A DNA stretch of 64,000 nucleotides. It comes from a virus. The notes below the pieces were generated by a model. The model was not told where the DNA came from, ran no database searches, and worked only from the letters and a program-made list of their open reading frames with translations. Below, in pieces: positions 1 through 7,811 of this stretch. The stretch spans positions 44,231-108,230 of the IMG/VR virus record IMGVR_UViG_3300025096_000006; one strand, given 5' to 3'. Every line of letters starts with the position of its first letter. Within the stretch, counting starts at the first letter, position 1. Made by a program: the position numbers and the translations under genes.

Positions 1-327
1 TTTTAGCAGATGCAGAGCTGGCAAGTTTAGCGCATCTACAATCGGCGTAAGCGCATCTTGGCGGCTGCTGTTTTTTAGATTGCCGTCATGGTTGCCCAAG
101 ATAATATATGTGGGCGCAATCGTCGCTAAGTTACGGAAGAAGTCAGAACACATCTCCACAAACTCTGGTGAGATTTGTGTTTTGGTGTGCGCGATGTCGC
201 CGCAGTGAACAATGTAGTCGACTTCTTGTTCTCGTAATGTTTCGTATAATTGCTCAAAAACAATTCTATACTCGTAATGATACTTCAAATTTTTGATATG
301 AGTATCGCTTATGTGTGCAAACTTCAA
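1..327 (-). CDS. sbcD: SbcD/Mre11-like metallophosphoesterase nuclease (5' part; runs off the window; not in the ORF track)
   Basis: Manual translation from TTG at 327 (GGAGG RBS upstream): MKFAHISDTHIKN...VHCGDIAH...ILGNHDGNL, with the DxH, GD and GNHD calcineurin-like phosphoesterase motifs. Confidence 0.85.
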   Translation of the reverse strand, partial: MKFAHISDTHIKNLKYHYEYRIVFEQLYETLREQEVDYIVHCGDIAHTKTQISPEFVEMCSDFFRNLATIAPTYIILGNHDGNLKNSSRQDALTPIVDALNLPALHLLK

Positions 328-360
328 GTTCCCTCCAGACGTAGTTATGCCGTTAGTATT

Positions 361-389
361 ATAATACCCTATGCGGGATCTGTTGTCAA
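361..389 (-). promoter_or_regulatory. sigma70-type promoter for the SbcD-like gene
   Basis: TTGACA-N17-TATTAT on the minus strand. Confidence 0.75.
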
Positions 390-396
390 GACTTTT

Positions 397-537
397 TTAT
401 AGAAAGAGTGCCCCGATCGCTCCATAAAGCATCATTCCCATAACAAACGCGCCCATTCCAAGAATCCCCAATATCTTTAAAAGCTCTAAATCGCTTATGC
501 CTTTCTTAAAAAGATATCGTGAGAGTTTTCTTAACAT
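397..537 (-). CDS. 46-aa predicted membrane protein (not in the ORF track)
   Basis: MLRKLSRYLFKKGISDLELLKILGILGMGAFVMGMMLYGAIGALFL; hydrophobic C-terminal half; ATG starts 2 nt after the upstream stop codon. Confidence 0.55.
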   Translation of the reverse strand: MLRKLSRYLFKKGISDLELLKILGILGMGAFVMGMMLYGAIGALFL

Positions 538-539
538 TA

Positions 540-1055
540 TTATCTTCTTGACATACTCTTGCTATAGCCGCTACGGGCTGGTGCGCCTTCATATCCGCCG
601 GCGCGTTGACCAGATGGGGCAAGATTCCCTATTGCGTCAATCACCAGGGCGACTTTCTTGTCTATCCATTTGGGAGCGGTGACCATTAGATTTCCAATAG
701 TTTGAGTAATTGTGTTGGTGACTCCTTCAGCTTCGAGTGCATCACCTTTACTATCCCAGTAATCCTCAATATCTCCCATATTCATAGCTTGTTTCAGAGC
801 ATGTCCCATATTAGAATCCAGAAGCTCCGCAAAATCCGTTCCTTCTAAAGATGATGGTGTATAATTACCGTCTCTTATATCTGCCATATAGTGCTGAAGA
901 AATTTCATACCATCTCCACCCATCTCAAAATTGGTCCGATCGTCTCCTCTTGGTTTTCCCACCATGGTGCGCATCGTATCCATAAAACCTTCGTCTAGGC
1001 TTTTTTCAATCTCTTCTTTGATGATCTGCTTAAGTTGTTTCTTTGTGATTTTCAC
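540..1055 (-). CDS. hypothetical protein with MKITKxQLKQIIKEE leader (possible internal head protein)
   Basis: Start revised to GTG at 1055 (AAGGA RBS); N-terminus nearly identical to that of the adjacent 93-aa ORF. Confidence 0.7.
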   Translation of the reverse strand: MKITKKQLKQIIKEEIEKSLDEGFMDTMRTMVGKPRGDDRTNFEMGGDGMKFLQHYMADIRDGNYTPSSLEGTDFAELLDSNMGHALKQAMNMGDIEDYWDSKGDALEAEGVTNTITQTIGNLMVTAPKWIDKKVALVIDAIGNLAPSGQRAGGYEGAPARSGYSKSMSRR

Positions 1056-1089
1056 TTCATTATTCCTTATGTCGCTAATCCATTCATAC

Positions 1090-1371
1090 TTAGTACTCTT
1101 CTTCTTCTCGATACAGAAGGGGTCCCTGCGGACTAAGCATCGTATCCCAGAATTGAGCCACATCACCGCGGTCTCCCTTGGTGTTAATAGCGTCCACTAT
1201 CATGTCATAAGCTTCTTTGCCTGAGAGCGCACCGGGGCCCATTGAATTCATGATCTCGCTGACTTCCTGCGCCATTTCCATAGCATCGCCACGTTCGCGG
1301 ATGCTTTCAATGCTGTAGGCATCATACTCTTCCTTGATAATCTGTTTAAGTTGTGATTTTGTGATTTTCAT
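1090..1371 (-). CDS. hypothetical protein with MKITKSQLKQIIKEE leader
   Basis: ORF track; AGGAG RBS; shared leader peptide. Confidence 0.7.
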   Translation of the reverse strand: MKITKSQLKQIIKEEYDAYSIESIRERGDAMEMAQEVSEIMNSMGPGALSGKEAYDMIVDAINTKGDRGDVAQFWDTMLSPQGPLLYREEEEY

Positions 1372-1390
1372 TCAGTTACTCCTGGGTCGA

Positions 1391-1801
1391 TTACCTGCGC
1401 TGAGTTTGTCGCACTTGTTTAACTGTGCCGCGTTCATCTTTAGGAACTCTCGGATTAACGAGCGCCACGAGGACTTTTCCCAAGGCGCGCATGTCTACTC
1501 CCATCGAAGTATCCATACCGGCTTTTTTTAAAATCTCGGATGTAACCTGCACGAAGGTGCCACCTTCCAGTTGAGCATTTTGACCAGATGCGTGCTGTAG
1601 AAAAACTTGAAATGGCTTTTGTGCTATGATTAGCTTCTGTACATTTTTAGGAACCATGAGGTTCGCCCGCTCCCCGTCAATAAACCAGACATTATTGGTA
1701 AATTTGGTGTATGCGTCCGCTCGGACCTCATCTAATCTTTCCTGTTTCTCGTCCATAAAATAACGAGGATCAATAAATTTTGTGTTTTTTCTTCTAGCCA
1801 T
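1391..1801 (-). CDS. hypothetical protein (putative late gene)
   Basis: AAGGAG RBS; preceded by the ACTATTTAT motif at 1838-1846. Confidence 0.65.
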   Translation of the reverse strand: MARRKNTKFIDPRYFMDEKQERLDEVRADAYTKFTNNVWFIDGERANLMVPKNVQKLIIAQKPFQVFLQHASGQNAQLEGGTFVQVTSEILKKAGMDTSMGVDMRALGKVLVALVNPRVPKDERGTVKQVRQTQRR

Positions 1802-1811
1802 GGTGTTCTCC

Positions 1812-2750
1812 TTAGATAGCCGATAGCAAATCTAACAATAAATAGTTGTCTCTGTCGATAAAGGTTGCTTTTTGCTTTCTTTCCTCAAACACATCTTTTG
1901 GCATAGAGCCTACGTCTTCATAACCGCTTACATCTATCTTGTATAATTCCACATCATACTTTAACAAAGTCTTGATTATTTTCCGTTCTTTTTCTGCTGC
2001 ATCAGGATCCAAGGCGACATAGACTGGCGTGTCGTTGAAAACAATTTTTTTGATGAGCGAAGAATCAGTGCGTAACGTCGAACCCAATATTGGGACAGAA
2101 TTTCCTGCGTTGATTGCATCGAATACCCCCTCTACAAGAATCAGGTCTTCGTTCCAATTAACATACAATTCGTTAAACACGATGTTTTTGGAGGCACGTG
2201 GATTCTTGTATTTGTAAGTATCACCATTGTAACTTCTTGCCACAAAATAACTAACATTTCCGTCATCATTGAAAGAAGGCACAACAATTCTGTTACGGTA
2301 TTCTCCGCTAAAGCAGTATCCTATCTTCCATTTTAGAATCTCAGAATTAGTAATTCCGCGTGATTTCAAATAGTTGCGAGCATATATACCGGTCTTCGGT
2401 ATGTTGTCGTGGCAGAGACTTACGAATTCTTCCGGTAAATCAACTGTCTGTTCGTCTCTCTCCACGCTTCTCTCAGCAAAGAGATCATCAAATCTTTCCA
2501 GATCTTCCCTACCGAATATCGCGTCCCATTTCTGTAATTGAGTATAGGAACCAAAAGACCTAATAACACGCCTAACAGAGCGGCCCCGATAATCACAAAT
2601 CCAACACTTAAATACATTTTTATCAATGTTAACAGAAAGCTTAGATTTGTGGTGATTGCACTTCGGGCATTTGAAAAGAATTTCCGAACCATGATCATAG
2701 CCGCGCCCAAGCGCTTCATTCAGTATCTTCTTCGCTGCTACTTTGTTCAA
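1812..2750 (-). CDS. dnaG: DNA primase (zinc finger + TOPRIM)
   Basis: CPKC...CWIC zinc finger; RIVVP, YKNP, LVEGVFDA and LDPDA TOPRIM motifs. Confidence 0.88.
   Translation of the reverse strand: MNKVAAKKILNEALGRGYDHGSEILFKCPKCNHHKSKLSVNIDKNVFKCWICDYRGRSVRRVIRSFGSYTQLQKWDAIFGREDLERFDDLFAERSVERDEQTVDLPEEFVSLCHDNIPKTGIYARNYLKSRGITNSEILKWKIGYCFSGEYRNRIVVPSFNDDGNVSYFVARSYNGDTYKYKNPRASKNIVFNELYVNWNEDLILVEGVFDAINAGNSVPILGSTLRTDSSLIKKIVFNDTPVYVALDPDAAEKERKIIKTLLKYDVELYKIDVSGYEDVGSMPKDVFEERKQKATFIDRDNYLLLDLLSAI
1838..1846 (-). promoter_or_regulatory. putative late promoter motif ACTATTTAT
   Basis: Same 9-mer as upstream of structural genes at 7784 and 12798; lies in the primase 3' end just ahead of the small-gene block. 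Confidence 0.4.
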
Positions 2751-3300
2751 TCGCCCACCCGGCTTTTGCTACCACAATTGCGTCAGCGCGGTCATACGAT
2801 TCAGGTTTCGGATTTCCATGCTTTGTATATTCTATCTTGAAAGCAGGTTCGTTGTCAAGTAAATATTGTAAAACAACCTGTTTTGCTTTTTGCCCTCTCG
2901 GAACTTTAATGCCGGCGTGCTTGCGTGCGGATGTGGCGGCGATATATTTCGGCTCCATCTCAAACATCTCATAGATTAGCCACGAAACAATACCGTTAAA
3001 GCGAGTAAGAGTTGAAAGTGTTTTGGCTGACGATTTACCGCCCATAAACATATGAAGAGATTGTTCAATATAAATATGGTTTATCTTGTTTTCTCTATCT
3101 TGATCTACTTCCATCCAGTGATCTTCTCTATCAAACTGATAGTTATCAAAGATTTTAAAAATTGCTTCTTTTATTCTTTCTGCTTTTTCAAATAAGTTTT
3201 TGTACTTGCGAAGATCTACTGAGTCGTAAAATACGATTTCGTCTTCGGCCACAACAGCAAAACCAGTTATACTGGTTGAAATATCTATTCCAAGAATCAT
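2716..3300 (-). CDS. ruvC: RuvC-like Holliday junction resolvase
   Basis: MILGIDIS..TGFAV, IYIEQ and DRADAIVVA acidic catalytic motifs. Confidence 0.8.
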   Translation of the reverse strand: MILGIDISTSITGFAVVAEDEIVFYDSVDLRKYKNLFEKAERIKEAIFKIFDNYQFDREDHWMEVDQDRENKINHIYIEQSLHMFMGGKSSAKTLSTLTRFNGIVSWLIYEMFEMEPKYIAATSARKHAGIKVPRGQKAKQVVLQYLLDNEPAFKIEYTKHGNPKPESYDRADAIVVAKAGWAIEQSSSEEDTE

Positions 3301-3312
3301 ATTGTTATTATA

Positions 3313-5646
3313 CTATATGTCTAGTTTTAACTTAAATGTTAAATCTTGATCTTCTTTCTTGAGAATTGGGTTGGATAATGACGCAACACCAATTAAGTTC
3401 TTATTTTCATCATATATTCCAATTTTAGAAATATATACTTGCCTGTTAAAAGAAGCCGAATGCCCCTCAAAGCTAGAGCTAACAATATTTTTTATTCTTA
3501 ATTTAGGATTTTCCTGATATATGACTGACGAAGTTAGCTGCAAGCGATCTTGACCATATTCTATAGAAGTAACATTATTAGAATAATTGGTTTCGCCGCG
3601 ACGAGCATGCGCATGCATGGTCATAACCTGTGTCTCAGTTGTCCCTTCAAAAGATAAATCAAAGGACATAGATATGAATCTAGTGCCAGTGTTAGAGGTG
3701 CCTCCTCCTACTGTGCTTTGGGTTAGACCATCTTCTGCGCCGGCTCCAAAATATTTCCACTTTGGATAATCCCACTCTTCAGTATCTTTAATTAATGGCA
3801 TTGAACCGGTTGCTCCTAGCTGCCAATTGCCAGTCAATAGCAATATTCCTTCTTCATACAAAGCAACACCAGCCACACTACCGGAGCCCGTTTGAGCATC
3901 TGGTCCATCCATGGCTCCAGATACCTGAATAAGCTCTCCATTTTGTTTAAGATCTCTAAGTTCACCTATTAAAGTTCCAGTCACAAACATTTTTAATGAA
4001 AGCGATCCTGGTTTGATTTCCGAACCATAAAAGATAGACGGAATCATTATTGCATTAATTTGTTGGCGATCCTTGTCCCAACCAACATCTGTCCCTCCAT
4101 CTGCATATGCTGCTAAACTTGAACTAACTGCGTAATGCTCACTTCTTGTTCTATAAAGCTCCAATGAGTTTCGAAGCGCATGGTAGTGAGGGTGCACTGC
4201 GGTGCCTTTTGCGCACTCTACAGAAGTATCATCGCGGTATACCGTTTTGGCATCGTGAGCATCGCCATCGTCTTCATCGTGCGTTGGCAAGCGCTGTGCC
4301 GCATAATGTCCGCATTTTCCATCGGTAAAGGTAGAGCTTCCAGTCCAATATTCTCTGCTAATAGAAGCAGACATAGGATAGTTTCCATAAAATATGGTAC
4401 CATCTTCTATGGCGCGCCAGTTATCTAGTTGGCTACCAGTAAAAGCGCTTCTGAATATAGCTCTATCGCTGCTTTTTACTAGAAAAGGATAAATAAATTC
4501 ATTTGTAGTTTCGGCGTTAGCATCGGTAGTAGTAGCACCGGCAAAGGCAGTAGCAGTAATCCCTCCATTAACTCTTATATCCGATAAATTTCCATTTGTG
4601 ATAGCTGCGATCGTAGTATTGCCTGCAATGCCAGGAGTGACTTGAGTAACAGTCAATGTATCATTTGTAGCGGTATGTGTGCTAAGTACGGCAGTCAATT
4701 TTCCGCTGTGCCCGGCAGAACCCTCAATGGCTTCCTTAAACTTAGTCGCAATCTCTCCTTGATCACTGCATGCAGCAATATTAACGCGGATTGTTGTGCC
4801 GCTAACCACGGCACCATTTGCATAAGAGCCGCCATTTTGGAACGCATAAGTTCTTTCCGTTCCATCGCTAGAAGTTAGCGTAATTGAAGGAGGCGAGCCG
4901 TCATCAATACCACCAGAGCCGCCAACTGCATGATTTACAACTCTGATAGTGGCTGTGGAGCCTCCACCGGCGCCTTCAGCGGCTCCTCCAGTAAAAGCAG
5001 TAGCAGTAATGCCGGCATTTACCGTTATATCCGACGTATCACCGTTTGTCACAGCCGCAATTTCGGTGTTGCCAGCAATACCATCTGTTGCCTGAGTTAA
5101 GGTCATTGTATCATTTGTGGCAGTGACCGTACTTAAAACAACAGTAATCTTTCCATTATGCCCAGCGCTGCCTTCAATAGCTTCTTTAAATTTAGCTGCA
5201 ATTTCTCCTTGATCGCTGCATGCAGCAATATTGACACGAATTGTTGTACCGCTAACCACGGCGCCATTTGCATAAGAACCACCATTCTGAAATGCATAGG
5301 TTCTCTCTGTTCCGTCACTAGAAGTTAGTACGATAGAGGGCGGCGAACCATCATCAATACCGCCGGATCCTCCGACTGCATGATTTACAATTTTAATTGT
5401 AGCTGTTGCGCCCCCTGCATCAATATTGGCAGCATGTCGAACATAGCCAGTTCCTTTATCTATATTGTATTCATATAGACTAATATGTCCTGGACCTACA
5501 TTTCTAACATTGTGACTAAAGGCGCCAGACTGTTCAGCTCTCTGGTTGTAGTAAACAGTTCCGTCATAAATGAAAAACTCACTTTTTGGGTGAGCTTTCA
5601 TTGTGTTAATCAGAAGATCGTTTTCTCCAAACTTTTTAATAGACAT
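3313..5646 (-). CDS. virion structural protein (baseplate/fibre-collar-like) with a duplicated 150-aa insert
   Basis: C-terminal YISKIGIYDENKNLIGVASLSNP motif; IKPGS motif shared with the adjacent paralog; location in the tail module. Confidence 0.65.
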   Translation of the reverse strand: MSIKKFGENDLLINTMKAHPKSEFFIYDGTVYYNQRAEQSGAFSHNVRNVGPGHISLYEYNIDKGTGYVRHAANIDAGGATATIKIVNHAVGGSGGIDDGSPPSIVLTSSDGTERTYAFQNGGSYANGAVVSGTTIRVNIAACSDQGEIAAKFKEAIEGSAGHNGKITVVLSTVTATNDTMTLTQATDGIAGNTEIAAVTNGDTSDITVNAGITATAFTGGAAEGAGGGSTATIRVVNHAVGGSGGIDDGSPPSITLTSSDGTERTYAFQNGGSYANGAVVSGTTIRVNIAACSDQGEIATKFKEAIEGSAGHSGKLTAVLSTHTATNDTLTVTQVTPGIAGNTTIAAITNGNLSDIRVNGGITATAFAGATTTDANAETTNEFIYPFLVKSSDRAIFRSAFTGSQLDNWRAIEDGTIFYGNYPMSASISREYWTGSSTFTDGKCGHYAAQRLPTHDEDDGDAHDAKTVYRDDTSVECAKGTAVHPHYHALRNSLELYRTRSEHYAVSSSLAAYADGGTDVGWDKDRQQINAIMIPSIFYGSEIKPGSLSLKMFVTGTLIGELRDLKQNGELIQVSGAMDGPDAQTGSGSVAGVALYEEGILLLTGNWQLGATGSMPLIKDTEEWDYPKWKYFGAGAEDGLTQSTVGGGTSNTGTRFISMSFDLSFEGTTETQVMTMHAHARRGETNYSNNVTSIEYGQDRLQLTSSVIYQENPKLRIKNIVSSSFEGHSASFNRQVYISKIGIYDENKNLIGVASLSNPILKKEDQDLTFKLKLDI
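4534..5415 (-). repeat. intragenic diverged tandem duplication, 450-nt period
   Basis: Two near-identical units (TATI..VNHAVGGSGGIDDGSPPSI.LTSSDGTERTYAFQNGG...ITATAF.G); e.g. tgatttacaa at 4931 and 5381. Confidence 0.95.
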
Positions 5647-5661
5647 AGTTAGTGCATTTTT

Positions 5662-6756
5662 TTAGTAGTCTAATCTAACGCGAATTGTCATATCAACTTC
5701 AGGAGTTTTCTTGAGAGGTTCTGACAATTTCGCAACCGCTAGCAATTCGTTAGCAGCGCTATACAAGCCGACTGTTGTGATATACGATATCGGCGGATCA
5801 GAAGCCACACTTTTAACTCTCATTTTGCTGGCGGACACATATGTTGGATTAGTGCTGTAATTAAATTTATTGTGCGGAACTCTACAGAAATAAATTGTTG
5901 AGTTAATCTCAGTAGTATTCTGAAAAGAAACATTTACAAATCTAGCTCTGATGGCATCGCAGTTACCGGAAATAGAAGAGCCGGTAAATGAAGCGGATAC
6001 GCCATCAAGCTGTTTTCCATTGGTGGCGAGACTGCCACTAACAAACCTGGGGTTTCCATCCCATATTGACGAAGTAAGCGCCACCACACCAGCTTCATAA
6101 AAGATCACGCCATAACCTGTGCCATCTTTTGCAACATCGTTATATAAGACAGCCATCTTGCCGCCTTGAGTAGCAAGTGTTCCTTCTCCAGAAACAGTTC
6201 CGGACGGATCTGATAAGACAATCTTGCTTCCATTGGGGTATGCTGCGCCGGCATCACTATCAGAATTAGAGATCGGCCAAGAACCAGAGAACATCGTAAG
6301 ACTAAACGATCCAGGTTTGATCTGGTCTTTGTAAAGCAGACGACTAAAATTCAAGAAAACGCACGAATCCATAGATCCGGTGCCATCTAGTTTAAGATCG
6401 CTTTCAAATTTTCTAATTACACCAGAGCCGGTAACTCCAAGAAGCACCAAAGCTTCTTGATCGTACATATTTCGTTTCTTTGCATTTTGTGTGCTACTAG
6501 AAGCCGAAAAAGCTGAATCAACAGAATACCCAATAGATATATCAAGGATATGGTTTGCAGATGAGCTTAGATACGGATAGTCGTACACTGACTGAAACAT
6601 TCCGTGTGAATAATCCTTAATATTGAAGGACGTACCATCTGGACTATCATATGTTCCAGACACAATCGTACCGCTTAGAGGCAGAGACTCATGAAGTAAA
6701 GTTTTTGTAGTTGTAACATCCGTGCTAGGATTTAAAGGTTCATAATTTCGTGGCAT
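5662..6756 (-). CDS. virion structural protein (baseplate/fibre-collar-like), paralog of the 777-aa protein
   Basis: IKPGSFSL and C-terminal YITTVGLY..NELLAVAKLSEPLKK..RVRLDY motifs. Confidence 0.65.
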   Translation of the reverse strand: MPRNYEPLNPSTDVTTTKTLLHESLPLSGTIVSGTYDSPDGTSFNIKDYSHGMFQSVYDYPYLSSSANHILDISIGYSVDSAFSASSSTQNAKKRNMYDQEALVLLGVTGSGVIRKFESDLKLDGTGSMDSCVFLNFSRLLYKDQIKPGSFSLTMFSGSWPISNSDSDAGAAYPNGSKIVLSDPSGTVSGEGTLATQGGKMAVLYNDVAKDGTGYGVIFYEAGVVALTSSIWDGNPRFVSGSLATNGKQLDGVSASFTGSSISGNCDAIRARFVNVSFQNTTEINSTIYFCRVPHNKFNYSTNPTYVSASKMRVKSVASDPPISYITTVGLYSAANELLAVAKLSEPLKKTPEVDMTIRVRLDY

Positions 6757-6778
6757 TTATTTTCTCCATGTCCATAAT

Positions 6779-7765
6779 TTAAGTACCGGCATATCTAATA
6801 ATTCTTACTGGTATTTGAATGCGTGCGGAAGTTGTAGTTCCCTCGCAATAAACCGTTGAATCGATATAATCATATTTTTTGCTTCCACCAAATAACGCTT
6901 CAGACTGAACTCCATAAAGCGCATATTTAGTGTCAGAAACTCCGGTTGAGGTTGATGTTAGTTCTTGTGGAATGTTAAGGTTTAGTGCAGTGGCTGAAGA
7001 TTTGCATCCTCGAATAGCCGTATACGAAGAAACATCAACTGACGCATGTTCTGTTATGTTATTTGGCACACAGTTAATTACGTGGGCACTATAATTTTTA
7101 ACTGCGAACGAAACAGATGTTGTTGATGACTGCATGAGGCTTCCAAAATTTACTTTAACTTTACCGGCATTAGTATTTGTAAATATTGCAGTCTTAGGTG
7201 GACCCATAACAGTATTTATAAAACGATGATCAGTAAAAACATACATACTCTTATCAAGCAAATTTGTATTAGCAAGATAAGTTCTTGAGTTTTCTAAAGT
7301 CTGTGCAATATCTGGACTGTCAATACCCATTTCAAGAATAACTTTTGTCGAGGTGGGTGAGCCAGCATTTAAGAAATAGTTGTCCGAACCAAAAGTCGAT
7401 TTAAGCTCATCAGCTGTTTCTTGATTAGCAGCAAGATAGTGAACGCTACCAGTCACTAGACTAGATTCATTTAGGTGCGGGTTTACTTTAACCTCTGGCA
7501 TATATAATAAATCGGTTCGTGCGTATGATGAAAGCCCATACGCGATACCAAGATCTGATGCCTCTTTGATTGGCGTCTGCAGAATCTCTAAGTCAAAGTA
7601 GGGACTGCCTGAAACGTGTGTTAGGTTGTATAGCTCATAATTTATCTCATCGTCTCCAAGTGCAAACTTAGTAACTCTAAATCTGCCTTGAGCCATCCTT
7701 TTTCTACCAGCGCTAGTTAGGATAGCATCTAAAATTATGTCGCCTGAATTGTCTAAAAAAGCCAT
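6779..7765 (-). CDS. virion structural protein (fibre-collar-like N-terminus)
   Basis: N-terminal DAILTSAGRKRMAQG..VTKFALGDDEINY; GAGGAG RBS; late motif upstream. Confidence 0.6.
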   Translation of the reverse strand: MAFLDNSGDIILDAILTSAGRKRMAQGRFRVTKFALGDDEINYELYNLTHVSGSPYFDLEILQTPIKEASDLGIAYGLSSYARTDLLYMPEVKVNPHLNESSLVTGSVHYLAANQETADELKSTFGSDNYFLNAGSPTSTKVILEMGIDSPDIAQTLENSRTYLANTNLLDKSMYVFTDHRFINTVMGPPKTAIFTNTNAGKVKVNFGSLMQSSTTSVSFAVKNYSAHVINCVPNNITEHASVDVSSYTAIRGCKSSATALNLNIPQELTSTSTGVSDTKYALYGVQSEALFGGSKKYDYIDSTVYCEGTTTSARIQIPVRIIRYAGT

Positions 7766-7783
7766 TTATTAACTCCTCTCTTG

Positions 7784-7792
7784 ATAAATAGT
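7784..7792 (-). promoter_or_regulatory. putative late promoter motif ACTATTTAT
   Basis: Intergenic, ~20 nt upstream of a structural gene start; recurs at 12798 and 1838. Confidence 0.5.
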
Positions 7793-7811
7793 TGTATTTT
7801 TTTATCTTTCA

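Noticed and set aside
4534-5415. DGR template/variable repeat pair
   Set aside because: Differences are mostly synonymous and not adenine-specific, both copies are coding, and no reverse transcriptase is in the window
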